From assembly GCA_016180845.1 (NCBI GenBank), contig JACPAK010000001.1, forward strand, positions 225,707-289,706: a stretch of 64,000 nucleotides of DNA, written 5' to 3'. The stretch comes from Deltaproteobacteria bacterium. GTDB taxonomy: Bacteria; UBA10199; JACPAL01. Positions within the stretch are counted from its first letter, which is position 1. Every line of letters starts with the position of its first letter. The notes below the pieces were generated by a model. It was given only the letters and a program-made list of their open reading frames with translations, had not been told where the DNA came from and did no database searches. Below are positions 37,413 to 49,443 of this stretch, in pieces. The position numbers and the translations under genes were made by a program.

Positions 37413-38399
37413 ATGTCACACGCGATCCTGATGGGCGACCCAACACATTTTCATATCTCAGGAGGGGCGAATCCTTTCACGAGAGACTGGTGGGGCCGCA
37501 GAAAGTTTGTTGATCAGACGAAGGCAGCCGAGCAGTGGAGACAACTCGCTCGAGTTTTGACCGACTTCGGCATCCAGGTCTTTGTCATCCCCTCTTCTCC
37601 GAATAATCCTGGCCTCGTCTACCCTGCCAATGCCGGTTTTTTGAGTCAGCTTGAGGAAAAAATTCCGATCCAAAAAAAGAAATTCATCCTCTCCAATCTC
37701 CTCCCCTCCAGGGCGGGGGAATGCCCGATCTATCGCGACTTTTTAAGAGGGCTCGGCTTCGCCGTCGTCACGATTAAACACCGCTTCGAAGGAGAGGCGG
37801 AACTTTTCCCCGTCGGTTCGGAACATATTTTTACCTACGGAGGGGTTGTGAAACAACGTTTCACCCCAAAACTTGGACTCCCCCCCTGGAAACGGGTCTA
37901 TGGCTTTCGCACGGAACGGGACGCCCTTCAGGAGCTCCGTCCCTATCTCGGTGTTTCCGCAGTCCATGATTTTGAATTGCTGCAGGAGTCCCACTATCAC
38001 GGCGACACTATCTTTTGTTCTTTTGGTGAAAAACGGGAATTCTTGCTCGTCTATCTGGAAGGACTCGCCCCCGAATCCCGCGAGAGGTGCGTCAAGATCT
38101 TCGGGGATCGACTAATCCCTCTCTCCACACGAGATGCCTTTTTCTATGCGACAAACTCCTTTCAGGTTCGAACCAAGGAAGGTTTGAAACTGATTGTCCC
38201 TGAAGGAGCCAGTCATATTCTTTTGAAAGAAATTGAAACGCGTGGTGTTCAACCTTTCCCGATCAATGTCTCCGAATTTTTAAAAAAGGGGGGCGGTGCA
38301 GTGAAATGTATGATCGGAGATTTGGGGGAGTTGATCGATGAGACGAGTCAAGTGACTCCATCGATACAAAAATTTCGAGAAGAACACCTATTTCGTTGA
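37413..38399 (+). CDS. Amidinotransferase-superfamily hydrolase (AstB/arginine-deiminase/DDAH-like) with a C-terminal catalytic Cys
   Basis: C-terminal GGGAVKCM catalytic-Cys motif characteristic of guanidino-group-modifying enzymes. 328 aa. Confidence 0.55.
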   Translation: MSHAILMGDPTHFHISGGANPFTRDWWGRRKFVDQTKAAEQWRQLARVLTDFGIQVFVIPSSPNNPGLVYPANAGFLSQLEEKIPIQKKKFILSNLLPSRAGECPIYRDFLRGLGFAVVTIKHRFEGEAELFPVGSEHIFTYGGVVKQRFTPKLGLPPWKRVYGFRTERDALQELRPYLGVSAVHDFELLQESHYHGDTIFCSFGEKREFLLVYLEGLAPESRERCVKIFGDRLIPLSTRDAFFYATNSFQVRTKEGLKLIVPEGASHILLKEIETRGVQPFPINVSEFLKKGGGAVKCMIGDLGELIDETSQVTPSIQKFREEHLFR

Positions 38400-38430
38400 C
38401 AATAGCTCACCAGAAAATCAATAATAAATC

Positions 38431-39549
38431 ATGTCGCGAAACGGCACAGCACCTGAGATAGAAAGTTTACCGCTGATTCATCTCAAAGATCCCATCAAGA
38501 AGAAGGAAAAGAAAAATATCCTCTCGGAAGAGATTCGACCGATCGATCTTGAAAAAACAAAAACGATCGCCGATCTGATCGAGGCGTTCGGAGGGATGTC
38601 GATCCAGGCGAGGCGGATCGGTCAGTGTGCGGAGGTGCTGCGGAATCTCTATGCCGACAAGGATCGGCCCACTGTCTTTCTGGGACTTGCGGGTCCCTTG
38701 ATCGCTGCCGGTTTAAGAAAAGTGATCCGTGACATGATTGCGTATGGTCTCGTCGATGTCGTCGTCTCTACAGGGGCGATCATCTATCAGGATGTTTATC
38801 AGGCGCGTGGTTACCGTCATTATAAAGGATCCCCAAACGCTGACGACGCCAAGCTGCGGGATCATTATATTGACCGCATTTACGACACCTACGTCGATGA
38901 GGAAAAATTTTGGGAGACCGATTGTTGGGTCGGGAAATTTGCCGACACACTTCCTCCGGGCAATTACTCCTCACGAGCCTTCCTGGAAAAGCTTGGTTCC
39001 GTCTTGAAAGACGAGGACTCTTTCTTGGCAACCGCTGTCAAAAAAGGAGTTCCCGTTTTTGCGCCGGCCATCAATGATTCCTCGATCGGGATCGGACTGA
39101 CCGAACATTACCATCGTTGTTCTCAAGAGGGGCGCAAGGGACTTTCGATTGATTCGATTCGTGATAACTACGAACTCACCCAGATTGTTGAGAAATCCAA
39201 AAAGACCGCCGCCTTTTATGTCGCCGGGGGGGTCCCGAAGAACTATATTAATGATAGCGTCGTCATGTGCTACATCTTTGGCCGTGAGACTGGAGGTCAT
39301 ACCTATGCCCTCCAAATCACGACCGATGTCCCACATTGGGGTGGGCTCTCTGGAAGCACACTCGAAGAGGCGACCTCGTGGGGAAAGATCAATGCGAAAT
39401 CAACCCGCGCGATGGCGTTTGTGGAACCGTCCGTCGCCCTCCCCCTGCTGGTCGGATATTGCCTCCAAAAAGAGCTGACCAAAAATCGAAAATCGCTCCT
39501 GCTGCAGTGGGAAAAAGACAGGCTAAATACCTTGAAAGTTTCTCCTTAA
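38431..39549 (+). CDS. Deoxyhypusine synthase-like protein (DHS/homospermidine synthase family)
   Basis: DHS-family blocks STGAIIYQDV, VFAPAINDSSIG and AGGVPKNYI (NAD-binding). Confidence 0.7.
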   Translation: MSRNGTAPEIESLPLIHLKDPIKKKEKKNILSEEIRPIDLEKTKTIADLIEAFGGMSIQARRIGQCAEVLRNLYADKDRPTVFLGLAGPLIAAGLRKVIRDMIAYGLVDVVVSTGAIIYQDVYQARGYRHYKGSPNADDAKLRDHYIDRIYDTYVDEEKFWETDCWVGKFADTLPPGNYSSRAFLEKLGSVLKDEDSFLATAVKKGVPVFAPAINDSSIGIGLTEHYHRCSQEGRKGLSIDSIRDNYELTQIVEKSKKTAAFYVAGGVPKNYINDSVVMCYIFGRETGGHTYALQITTDVPHWGGLSGSTLEEATSWGKINAKSTRAMAFVEPSVALPLLVGYCLQKELTKNRKSLLLQWEKDRLNTLKVSP

Positions 39550-39971
39550 TGCATTGGAAGTTTCGTCCGTGCCCATTGATAAAACGAATGAAATTTTTTT
39601 GAGGAGAGCATCGCTTCGTTTTCTGCGAGTTTTCGTCCCTCCCAGCCGGCAAGAATTTTCAAGTCAAAAAGCTCTGCGAGCCAGCGGATCGCTTGCCCAT
39701 CCTCTGAGAGTGAATAGAGCCGAAGAAGAAGATAGCATAGCTCTCCATGTCTTTCGCTCGCCGTCCGAATCCCGCTGACATGGGCCAGGACCGCTTCTCC
39801 CAGCAAATAACCGGCCTGTATCCATGAAAGGGTTGCCTGATGAAAATCTCCTCGCCTGAGATAATGTTCTGCCATCCTGGAATGATCGATAGCGGTCTTG
39901 ATGAGGGTTTTCCATTCTTCAGGCGAAACAGGTCTCTGGTGTGATTTTCTTCTAAGAACGGGCCGTATCAT
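39546..39971 (-). CDS. HEPN-domain protein (toxin component of a HEPN/MNT pair)
   Basis: HEPN helical N-terminus and an Rx4-6H motif (RTASERH). Overlaps the upstream MNT gene. Confidence 0.65.
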   Translation of the reverse strand: MIRPVLRRKSHQRPVSPEEWKTLIKTAIDHSRMAEHYLRRGDFHQATLSWIQAGYLLGEAVLAHVSGIRTASERHGELCYLLLRLYSLSEDGQAIRWLAELFDLKILAGWEGRKLAENEAMLSSKKFHSFYQWARTKLPMH

Positions 39972-40581
39972 TTCTGTATTCCTCTATTCCCCTCCCAAAA
40001 AGGAGTTTCCCTTCACTATATATTTTGCCCATAAGGGGGTGATTTTGGGAGATCTTGTTTCTTAATTCAGAAACGCTCAGAACATAAGGGACAAGGAGAT
40101 TCCCTCCAAATTCCGTCAGGAGGGGAAGCCTTTTTTGGGCCAGGATCCGCTGAACATCGCTCTTCCCCTCTTCGTCTGAGACAACCACCAAAATATCGAT
40201 GCCGGAAAAAGTGGTCTCGTTACCCCTGGCGACACTCCCAAAGAGGATCACCGATTCGGCAAGAGGTTTGAGCGGATGAAGAATCTTCTCCATGAAGTGA
40301 TGAAAGGCATCTTTCTCTTTTTGAAAAAGTGGGACCAGGATCTCTCGAACAAGGTAGGAACCCTTATTCATTTTATAGAGAAAACTCTTGCCAGCATGCG
40401 TGAGTTCAAGAACCCCTGTGTTCAGGAGTTCTTTCAGAGCCTGATGACAGGACCACACCCCCATCCCTATCTGGATCGCAATCTGACGCCCCGAGAGGGG
40501 GTTGCCAGCAGCAAGCTTCCTCAAGATATTGACCTTCATCTTTGTTCCCAAAATCTCATCGAGGAAATTCGAGAAGATCAT
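39952..40581 (-). CDS. Minimal nucleotidyltransferase (MNT) with an N-terminal winged HTH (antitoxin component)
   Basis: LFGSVARG…GIDILVV nucleotidyltransferase motif. N-terminal wHTH. Confidence 0.7.
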   Translation of the reverse strand: MIFSNFLDEILGTKMKVNILRKLAAGNPLSGRQIAIQIGMGVWSCHQALKELLNTGVLELTHAGKSFLYKMNKGSYLVREILVPLFQKEKDAFHHFMEKILHPLKPLAESVILFGSVARGNETTFSGIDILVVVSDEEGKSDVQRILAQKRLPLLTEFGGNLLVPYVLSVSELRNKISQNHPLMGKIYSEGKLLFGRGIEEYRNDTARS

Positions 40582-40589
40582 ACTTTTAT

Positions 40590-40605
40590 TAGTATATATA
40601 TACTA
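40590..40605. promoter_or_regulatory. A 16-bp perfect palindrome, TAGTATATATATACTA, in the MNT-HEPN promoter region (candidate operator)
   Basis: Perfect dyad located 9 bp upstream of the MNT start codon, within an AT-rich divergent intergenic region. Confidence 0.4.
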
Positions 40606-40714
40606 AATTAATTATACAATGAGATTTTATTTGACCTATAAACAAATTGTGCTACCTGTATCTTAAATAGAATCTTTAATTTCATAAACCAAACTTAAAC
40701 AGGAGGAGACGACT

Positions 40715-41860
40715 ATGGGGAGATCTATAAAAACAATGGGATGGGGATTCATGCTCTTGGTAAGCGTGGTCCTTCTAACACCGGCTTTCGCTGCTGATGA
40801 AGGCTCGACCTCATTCTGGGAAAAGACGAAGGTGATGGGGTCGGTTGATGTGAATTATAACTACAATTTTAACCGTCCAACCACCACGGCGGCCGCTGCC
40901 GCAGCCAACGGATATCGCGTCTTTGATGTAAATCCCAATACCTTTAATATAGGTCTCGTTGACATCGCGTTGGAAAATTCCCCGGCCGATTGGGTCACCT
41001 TCCGAACCGATCTCGATTTTGGGCGTAATGCCACCTTCTTCCATGCTGCCGGCTTTGGGGCAGCGACCGATGTCTTTGATCTCCAACAGGCTTATGTAGC
41101 GCTCAAGGCTAACCAGGTCGGAAATGGACTTGGGTTTAAGATCGGGAAGTTTGTGACCCTGCATGGGATGGAGGTGATCGAGGCCGCTTCAAATTACAAT
41201 ATTTCACGAGGCCTGCTCTTTAATTACGCGATCCCATTTACACACACAGGGGTCGTCGCGACTTATCCTTTCTCCGATATGGTCTCCCTCGATCTCGGTA
41301 TTGTTAATGGGTGGAACAATGTCCTCGATAACAACAACGGAAAGACCGCCCACGGGATGCTGACCGTAAAACCAAATGATGAGTGGACATTTCTCTTGGG
41401 TGGAACGTTTGGGCCAGAGACTGCCGGAAATGACAGGACGATTAGATCTCTTCTGGATACCTCGCTGATCTACAAACCGATGGAGGATTGGACACTGGCC
41501 TTAAATTACAACTGGGCCCGTGACGGTGGCTTCGCGGCAGGGGGTAGTAATGGAGCTGCCGATTGGCAGGGTCTCGCTGCCTACGCCGACTGGAAGGCGA
41601 CTGATATGTTCGGCTTAACACTACGCACAGAATACTTTGATGACGACGTCGGTGCCCTTGGAGCTGTCGGTGCCGGCGCAACCGCCTCGGGAAAACTTTT
41701 TGAGGGGACCCTTACCTCTCATACTTATCTGATGGAAGGACTCGATCTCCGGTTTGAGTTCCGCCATGATCAGGGGAACAACAATTCCTTCCTGAGAGGA
41801 ACAGGGGCGGTCCGAAAATTCCAGGATACGATCGCAAGTCAATTGGTCTACTCATTTTAG
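40715..41860 (+). CDS. Outer-membrane porin (beta-barrel, C-terminal Phe)
   Basis: Signal peptide, alternating amphipathic strands and a terminal …LVYSF. Located upstream of amtB. Confidence 0.65.
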   Translation: MGRSIKTMGWGFMLLVSVVLLTPAFAADEGSTSFWEKTKVMGSVDVNYNYNFNRPTTTAAAAAANGYRVFDVNPNTFNIGLVDIALENSPADWVTFRTDLDFGRNATFFHAAGFGAATDVFDLQQAYVALKANQVGNGLGFKIGKFVTLHGMEVIEAASNYNISRGLLFNYAIPFTHTGVVATYPFSDMVSLDLGIVNGWNNVLDNNNGKTAHGMLTVKPNDEWTFLLGGTFGPETAGNDRTIRSLLDTSLIYKPMEDWTLALNYNWARDGGFAAGGSNGAADWQGLAAYADWKATDMFGLTLRTEYFDDDVGALGAVGAGATASGKLFEGTLTSHTYLMEGLDLRFEFRHDQGNNNSFLRGTGAVRKFQDTIASQLVYSF

Positions 41861-41905
41861 GTGTAACCCCCACCTTAGGGAGGGGGTTATTCAAAGGGAG
41901 GAGAT

Positions 41906-43668
<1,763 letters not shown>

Positions 43669-43750
43669 TCCCCTCATTGACAACCTTGAAAACGGCGTGT
43701 TACGAGGCCAACTTTAAAATTTAAAAAAGATAACGAAAGGAGTAGTTTCT

Positions 43751-45172
43751 ATGACACCGAAAGAGGTTCTGGCTTTTGCCAAGGAAAACAAGGCACGAAT
43801 CGTCGATTTCAAGTTTATCGACCTTCCTGGAGTTTGGCAGCATTTTTCAGTTCCGATCAGTGAATTATCCGAATCCAGTTTTGAAAATGGATTTGGTTTT
43901 GACGGATCCTCCATTCGAGGTTGGCAACCGATTGACGCCTCGGATATGTTAATTATTCCAGATCCAAGCACTGCCGTTATTGATCCTTTCTGTCAGGTCC
44001 CAACCCTCACGATGATCGTTGATGTCGTCGATCCGATCACGAAAGAACCTTATAGTCGTGATCCGCGTTATGTCGCCCGCAAGGCAGAGGCCTACGTAAA
44101 ATCAACCGGAATTGGAGATCGAATATTTTTTGGTCCTGAGGCTGAGTTTTTTGTCTTTGATTCGGTTCGGTTTGATCAGAACTCCCAGAGCGGCTTCTAT
44201 TTCATCGATTCGGTAGAGGGTAAGTGGAATTCCGGTCAGGAAAAGCTTACAAATGGGCAGACCAATCTCGGTTATCAACCCCGCTTCAAGGAAGGCTATT
44301 TCCCGGTTCCCCCGACCGACACCCTTCAAGATATCCGCTCAGAAATGGTCCTGGAGCTGGAGAAGCTGGGAATCGTCGTTGAATGCCAGCACCATGAGGT
44401 CGCTACTGCGGGTCAGTGTGAAATTGACATGCGGTTTGATGCCTTGACCCCCATGGCGGACAAGCTGATGTGGTTCAAGTATGTCCTCAAAAATGTCGCA
44501 CGCCGGCATGGCAAGACAGTCACCTTCATGCCGAAGCCGATTTTCGGCGACAATGGATCCGGAATGCACTGCCATCAATCGATCTGGAAAGGGGATAAAC
44601 CACTGTTTGCCGGTGACAAATACGGTGGTCTCTCAGAGATGGGACTTCATTATCTGGGCGGTATCCTGAAACATGCCAAGGCGTTGGCTGGCTTTACGAA
44701 TCCAACCACAAACTCCTACCGTCGGCTCGTCCCTGGTTTTGAGGCGCCCGTCAATCTGGCCTACTCAGCCCGGAACCGTTCTGCAGCGATTCGTATCCCG
44801 ATCGTCAACTCGCCCAAGGCAAAGCGAATCGAGGTTCGTTTCCCAGATCCATCCTGCAATGGTTATTTGGCCTTTGCCGCACTTTGCATGGCTGGCATCG
44901 ACGGGATCCAGAACCGGATCGACCCCGGAAAGCCACTTGATAAGGACCTTTTTAGCCTCTCTCCTGAAGAGCTCGCTACGGTCCCTCATATGCCGGGTGG
45001 GCTTGAGGAGTCGCTCAAGGCGCTCGAGGAAGATCAATCCTTCCTGCTCAAGGGAGATGTCTTCACGAAGGATCTCATCGAGAAGTGGATCGAGTATAAA
45101 GTAGAGAATGAATTGAATCCTGTAAGACTTCGTCCGGTTCCGTACGAGTTTGCGTTGTACTTCGACATATAG
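43751..45172 (+). CDS. glnA: Glutamine synthetase type I (GlnA)
   Basis: GS-I N-terminal beta-grasp and catalytic domain motifs. 473 aa. Confidence 0.9.
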   Translation: MTPKEVLAFAKENKARIVDFKFIDLPGVWQHFSVPISELSESSFENGFGFDGSSIRGWQPIDASDMLIIPDPSTAVIDPFCQVPTLTMIVDVVDPITKEPYSRDPRYVARKAEAYVKSTGIGDRIFFGPEAEFFVFDSVRFDQNSQSGFYFIDSVEGKWNSGQEKLTNGQTNLGYQPRFKEGYFPVPPTDTLQDIRSEMVLELEKLGIVVECQHHEVATAGQCEIDMRFDALTPMADKLMWFKYVLKNVARRHGKTVTFMPKPIFGDNGSGMHCHQSIWKGDKPLFAGDKYGGLSEMGLHYLGGILKHAKALAGFTNPTTNSYRRLVPGFEAPVNLAYSARNRSAAIRIPIVNSPKAKRIEVRFPDPSCNGYLAFAALCMAGIDGIQNRIDPGKPLDKDLFSLSPEELATVPHMPGGLEESLKALEEDQSFLLKGDVFTKDLIEKWIEYKVENELNPVRLRPVPYEFALYFDI

Positions 45173-45184
45173 ATTCCCTGTCGT

Positions 45185-45215
45185 AGGGGCATCCCGCGTC
45201 GCGGGATGCCCCAAT
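45185..45215 (+). terminator. Rho-independent terminator after glnA
   Basis: Perfect hairpin GGGGCATCCCGCG/CGCGGGATGCCCC followed by a U-rich stretch. Confidence 0.6.
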
Positions 45216-45297
45216 CTCTCTTCTGATATCTTTATTTACTTTTATTCGTAATTCTCTTACACTTACGTCTCATTTATTTTAAAAAGGAGATTCCGTC

Positions 45298-46329
45298 ATG
45301 AAAACAATCGTTCTTGGCATTCTATGCGCCCTTCTCGTTTCATGCAATCAGATGAAGAAAGAACCATCGGCGGACGCCTCATCCAACGCAGTCGTTCCGG
45401 GGACAGGCGCACCGCTTGCCAAACTCAACAACGAAGTCATTACAGAGGATCAGATCCGAAAGATTGCCGGAACGAGACTCGTGATGGCGGAGATTGATCT
45501 CTACGACGCACGCAAAGAAGCGATCGATCAACTCGTTCAGGAAAAACTTCTCGAAGAGGAATCAAAAAAGCAGGGGGTCCCTGCACCCGAACTGATCAAG
45601 AAGAATGTAACGGACAAGACAAATGTGACCGATAAAGAGGTCGAGAAATTTTATAACGACAACAAGGATCGATTTGGCGGGAAGGGAATTGATGAAATGA
45701 AGCCCCGGATCAAGGCGATGCTGATGGGCCAGAAAAATCAGGAAAAGATGCAGGCCTATGTCGAGCAACTCAAGAAAAAGGCGAAGGTGGAGTACCTTAT
45801 TGCAGCTCCGAAGCTTGAAATCCCGGAGGGGGATGCCCCGGCCCTTGGACCAAAAGACGCCCCAATTCGTCTCGTGGAATATACCGACTATGAGTGTCCC
45901 TTTTGCGGTCGAGCGCGCGACGCCGTCAACCAGGTCTTAAAGGAATATAAGGGGAAGGTTCGCTACGTCATTAAGGACTTCCCCCTCTCCTTCCACAAAA
46001 ACGCCTTCAAGGCGCATGAAGCGGCTCACTGCGCGGGGGATCAGGGGAAGTATTGGGAGATGAATAAAAAGATCTGGGGAAATCAAAGGGCGATCACCGA
46101 AGAGGATCTCAAAAAATATGCCTCTGAGATTCAGTTAAAAACAAATAATTTTGAGGAATGTATGAGCTCAGGCAAATTTGCCTCCCTTATTCGACAGAAT
46201 GTTCAAGAGGGGCAGGATGTCGGTGTCTCAGGGACGCCAGCCTTTTTTATTAACGGCCGGCCACTGTCCGGGGCACGGCCGTTCGAGGCGTTTAAGGAAA
46301 TTATTGACGGGCAGCTCTCGCAGCAATAA
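45298..46329 (+). CDS. Lipoprotein with a SurA-like N-terminal chaperone domain and a DsbA-like thioredoxin domain (CPFC)
   Basis: Lipobox LLVSC. CPFC active site in a DsbA-fold C-terminal half. Confidence 0.65.
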   Translation: MKTIVLGILCALLVSCNQMKKEPSADASSNAVVPGTGAPLAKLNNEVITEDQIRKIAGTRLVMAEIDLYDARKEAIDQLVQEKLLEEESKKQGVPAPELIKKNVTDKTNVTDKEVEKFYNDNKDRFGGKGIDEMKPRIKAMLMGQKNQEKMQAYVEQLKKKAKVEYLIAAPKLEIPEGDAPALGPKDAPIRLVEYTDYECPFCGRARDAVNQVLKEYKGKVRYVIKDFPLSFHKNAFKAHEAAHCAGDQGKYWEMNKKIWGNQRAITEEDLKKYASEIQLKTNNFEECMSSGKFASLIRQNVQEGQDVGVSGTPAFFINGRPLSGARPFEAFKEIIDGQLSQQ

Positions 46330-46338
46330 CTGTTTCTT

Positions 46339-47613
46339 GTGCTCGATATTCGATTCGTCCTCGAAAACATCCCGAAGGTTCGTGAGTCTTTGGCCAAGAA
46401 GGGGTTCCGGTTTGACCCCTCTGATCTTGAGCACCTAAACGATCAAAGGAAAAAACTCCAAAAAGAATTCGACGACCTTCGATTTGAGCAGAATCAGGTT
46501 TCGAAGGAGGTCCCCCTTCGTAAAAAAGAGAAAAAACCGGTCGATGACCTGATGGAAAAGATGAAGGTCGTTGCCGACCGCGTGAAAAAGATCGGAGAAG
46601 AGTCGTCCCGGATCGAGGGGAAAATTAATGAAATTCTTCTGACCCTCCCCAATCTTCCCCATCCTTCCGTTCCGGTTGGAACGGATGCCTCGTTCAACAA
46701 AGAAGTCCGAAAGTGGGGGGAGATCCGAAAGTTTTCCTTTAAACCTCGTGAGCATTGGGAGATCGGTGAGACCCTCAAAATTCTAGATTTTAACGCGGCG
46801 TCGAAGATAGCGGGGAGTCGGTTTGTTGTTTATCGAGGTCTTGGGGCACGGCTCGAGCGGGCCTTGATTAATTTCATGCTCGACCTCCACACCCAGAAGC
46901 ATGGCTACGAAGAGATCTGGCCTCCCTCCATGGCAAATACCCGCTCCCTGACCGGCACTGCCAACCTCCCAAAATTCGAGGCGGATCTCTACAAGACGAC
47001 CGAAGGGCTCTATCTGATCCCGACGGCAGAGGTTCCCCTCACGAATCTCTATCAGGATGAAGTTTTGAAGGAAGAAGGGCTTCCGATCTCTGTCACCGCC
47101 TTTACCCCCTGTTTTCGGAGTGAGGCAGGGGCCGCCGGCAAGGACACGCAGGGGTTGATTCGCCAGCATCAGTTTAACAAGGTAGAGCTCATGAAGTTTG
47201 CCACCCCGGAGACCTCTTATGAGGAGCTTGAGAAATTACTGTCCCACGCCGAAAAGGTTTTGCAACTTCTGGAGATCCCGTACCGTGTTGTGACCCTTTG
47301 CTCCGGTGATATGAGTTTCGCCTCGGCGAAGACCTATGACATCGAGGTCTGGCTCCCGGGGCAAAATGAAGGGAAGGGGGCGTATCGGGAAATCTCCTCC
47401 TGTTCCAATTTCGAAGACTTTCAGGCACGACGCGTGAATACGCGCTACAAACCAAAGGATGGCGGCAAACCGCGTCTCGTTCATACGTTAAATGGCTCCG
47501 GCCTCGCAATCGGCCGGACCGTCGCCGCAATCCTGGAAAATTTTCAGGATGAAAAAGGATTCAAAATTCCTAAGACACTTCAGCCGTACCTCGGCGTTGA
47601 GAGAATTGGTTAA
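46339..47613 (+). CDS. serS: Seryl-tRNA synthetase
   Basis: N-terminal coiled-coil arm and class II motifs. 424 aa. Confidence 0.9.
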   Translation: MLDIRFVLENIPKVRESLAKKGFRFDPSDLEHLNDQRKKLQKEFDDLRFEQNQVSKEVPLRKKEKKPVDDLMEKMKVVADRVKKIGEESSRIEGKINEILLTLPNLPHPSVPVGTDASFNKEVRKWGEIRKFSFKPREHWEIGETLKILDFNAASKIAGSRFVVYRGLGARLERALINFMLDLHTQKHGYEEIWPPSMANTRSLTGTANLPKFEADLYKTTEGLYLIPTAEVPLTNLYQDEVLKEEGLPISVTAFTPCFRSEAGAAGKDTQGLIRQHQFNKVELMKFATPETSYEELEKLLSHAEKVLQLLEIPYRVVTLCSGDMSFASAKTYDIEVWLPGQNEGKGAYREISSCSNFEDFQARRVNTRYKPKDGGKPRLVHTLNGSGLAIGRTVAAILENFQDEKGFKIPKTLQPYLGVERIG

Positions 47614-47886
47614 CTTCAAGGCGTTCGGTGTTTTTGGGATGGTTTGTTTGGAATAAGCCAGACAATGAGGAGAGAGAGAGCGCCCAAGATAGCTAAACCA
47701 AGGAAAAGAATGTCAATGTCAGTCATTTCTGTCTCCCTTCTCGTCTGCTACGAAACCAGCTCCCAGAAAGAATAACCCGGAAATAGCTCCCAAAGCAACT
47801 GGATACCATTTAATAGAGGACTCAGCATCCCAGAATTTGGGGGCAACTCCCATTGAGGACCAGTCGAGCTATACAGCGTCGACACT

Positions 47887-49374
47887 ATGGGGGTCTCATC
47901 AATCATTCGACCATCTTTCGGAGTTCCCTTTTCATTGAGGGATTTTTCTCTCTTGGGCCCATCGACTTCTCTCCCAGCCTCTCAATTCTCAATTATTTCT
48001 GGAATTAAGAAGATCTGGAAAGTTTATACAACCCAAAGAATCCCGATCTCTCGTTCTCACCCTTCACTGACAGTACCGGTTCACATTTTAATCCGTCTCT
48101 TGGGAGGGATTGCCTTTCTTCGGGACCTGACTCTGACCGAATCCTCTCGATCCTCACTGGTTGAGTTAAACCACGAAAAACAGGAATCACTGCAAAAAGG
48201 ATCACTCGACCACTGGTGGGGTTTCTATGGTGGACTGATTGCGACGAACCTTCTCTTTACCCGGTTCTTCGGTCTCAGCACCTTTGGCCGAGATCTTGCG
48301 ATCCCGTTTAGTATCGGGACCTATCATCTCTTCCGGCTCCTTGCCGGTTCTCGGTGGGGGGACAAGGTCGAGATGGATTACAATGAGGCGTTTCGGTATC
48401 ACTTCGTGACCTCCTTTGGAGACTGGATCTCGCACTCTGTAATCCACGGCCGGAGATTCTGGAGACCTGACCTTGGAACCAAAATCGCCGGATCGCTTGG
48501 ATTGAATTACAAGGCGCAATTTTCCCCAAGCCCATTCGGCTACTTCATTGACAAGACAATCGGCGCTGGTTACAGACGCTTCATCCCCGGTTGGCTGAAG
48601 ACCGTCATTCGCCCCCTCGCCTGCTTTCAGAATCCGACGATCGTGAAAGGGTTTAGCGAGGGGAATCTCATAAAACCGATTTTTGGCATTGGAGGGTCAG
48701 CGCTGAGACTGATCTGGCTCACCCCTTATTATCTCTACCAGATCGGAATCGCCCACTTTATCGGAATGGATCGAGGAAACTGGGGGCCCCATCGTCTCTG
48801 GAAGGTAGGGGCGTATAACTTTGTTGGGTGGCCCATCCGGATGATGAAGGGGGGAGAGGGGCCTGCAGCCGAATTCTACGCCTGGATCATCGGAATGGCA
48901 GTTGACGCTGCCGGAACACTCTTCTGGAATCCGCGTTACAAACAGAAACATTGGGAGGAAGATTTGTTCGATTCATTAGATCAGTTCCAGGGGACATGTG
49001 GCTCTCCTCAGGATCAAAAAATCGCGCATCATATCTTCCGCGAAATCTTTGTCCGACAGATGACCGACTGGTGGAACCCGTGGCAGATGGATCGCGGGAA
49101 TCAGTTTTATCTCTACAACGAAAAATATCTGAGGACGTTTGAAGAAACCGTCAGAAATTTGAGTGAAGAACGTCTCGCAGCACTTCAATTTGTCATACAG
49201 ATTCAAGAGGAACAGGAAAGACTTGGGAATCTCTCTGACTATCAGAAGAGGGGGCTTATTTTATTCAAGGCGATTGTTGAAAAGAAGGAATGGGAGAGGA
49301 GTTTAAAATGGTTAAATTATGGATTCACACAGTCCGTTCATGGTTTGAACGTAAAAGTGAGCGCCCCTTCATAA
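47887..49374 (+). CDS. Hypothetical protein (495 aa), membrane-associated, unknown family
   Basis: Long ORF with W/Y-rich hydrophobic segments. No known motif. The start is uncertain. Confidence 0.4.
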   Translation: MGVSSIIRPSFGVPFSLRDFSLLGPSTSLPASQFSIISGIKKIWKVYTTQRIPISRSHPSLTVPVHILIRLLGGIAFLRDLTLTESSRSSLVELNHEKQESLQKGSLDHWWGFYGGLIATNLLFTRFFGLSTFGRDLAIPFSIGTYHLFRLLAGSRWGDKVEMDYNEAFRYHFVTSFGDWISHSVIHGRRFWRPDLGTKIAGSLGLNYKAQFSPSPFGYFIDKTIGAGYRRFIPGWLKTVIRPLACFQNPTIVKGFSEGNLIKPIFGIGGSALRLIWLTPYYLYQIGIAHFIGMDRGNWGPHRLWKVGAYNFVGWPIRMMKGGEGPAAEFYAWIIGMAVDAAGTLFWNPRYKQKHWEEDLFDSLDQFQGTCGSPQDQKIAHHIFREIFVRQMTDWWNPWQMDRGNQFYLYNEKYLRTFEETVRNLSEERLAALQFVIQIQEEQERLGNLSDYQKRGLILFKAIVEKKEWERSLKWLNYGFTQSVHGLNVKVSAPS

Positions 49375-49443
49375 AAAGGTTGTCAGGGTTATCCACACCA
49401 ACTAAGAAGGCGGCTGGGGAAAAAACTACGGGGAGTATCGTAA

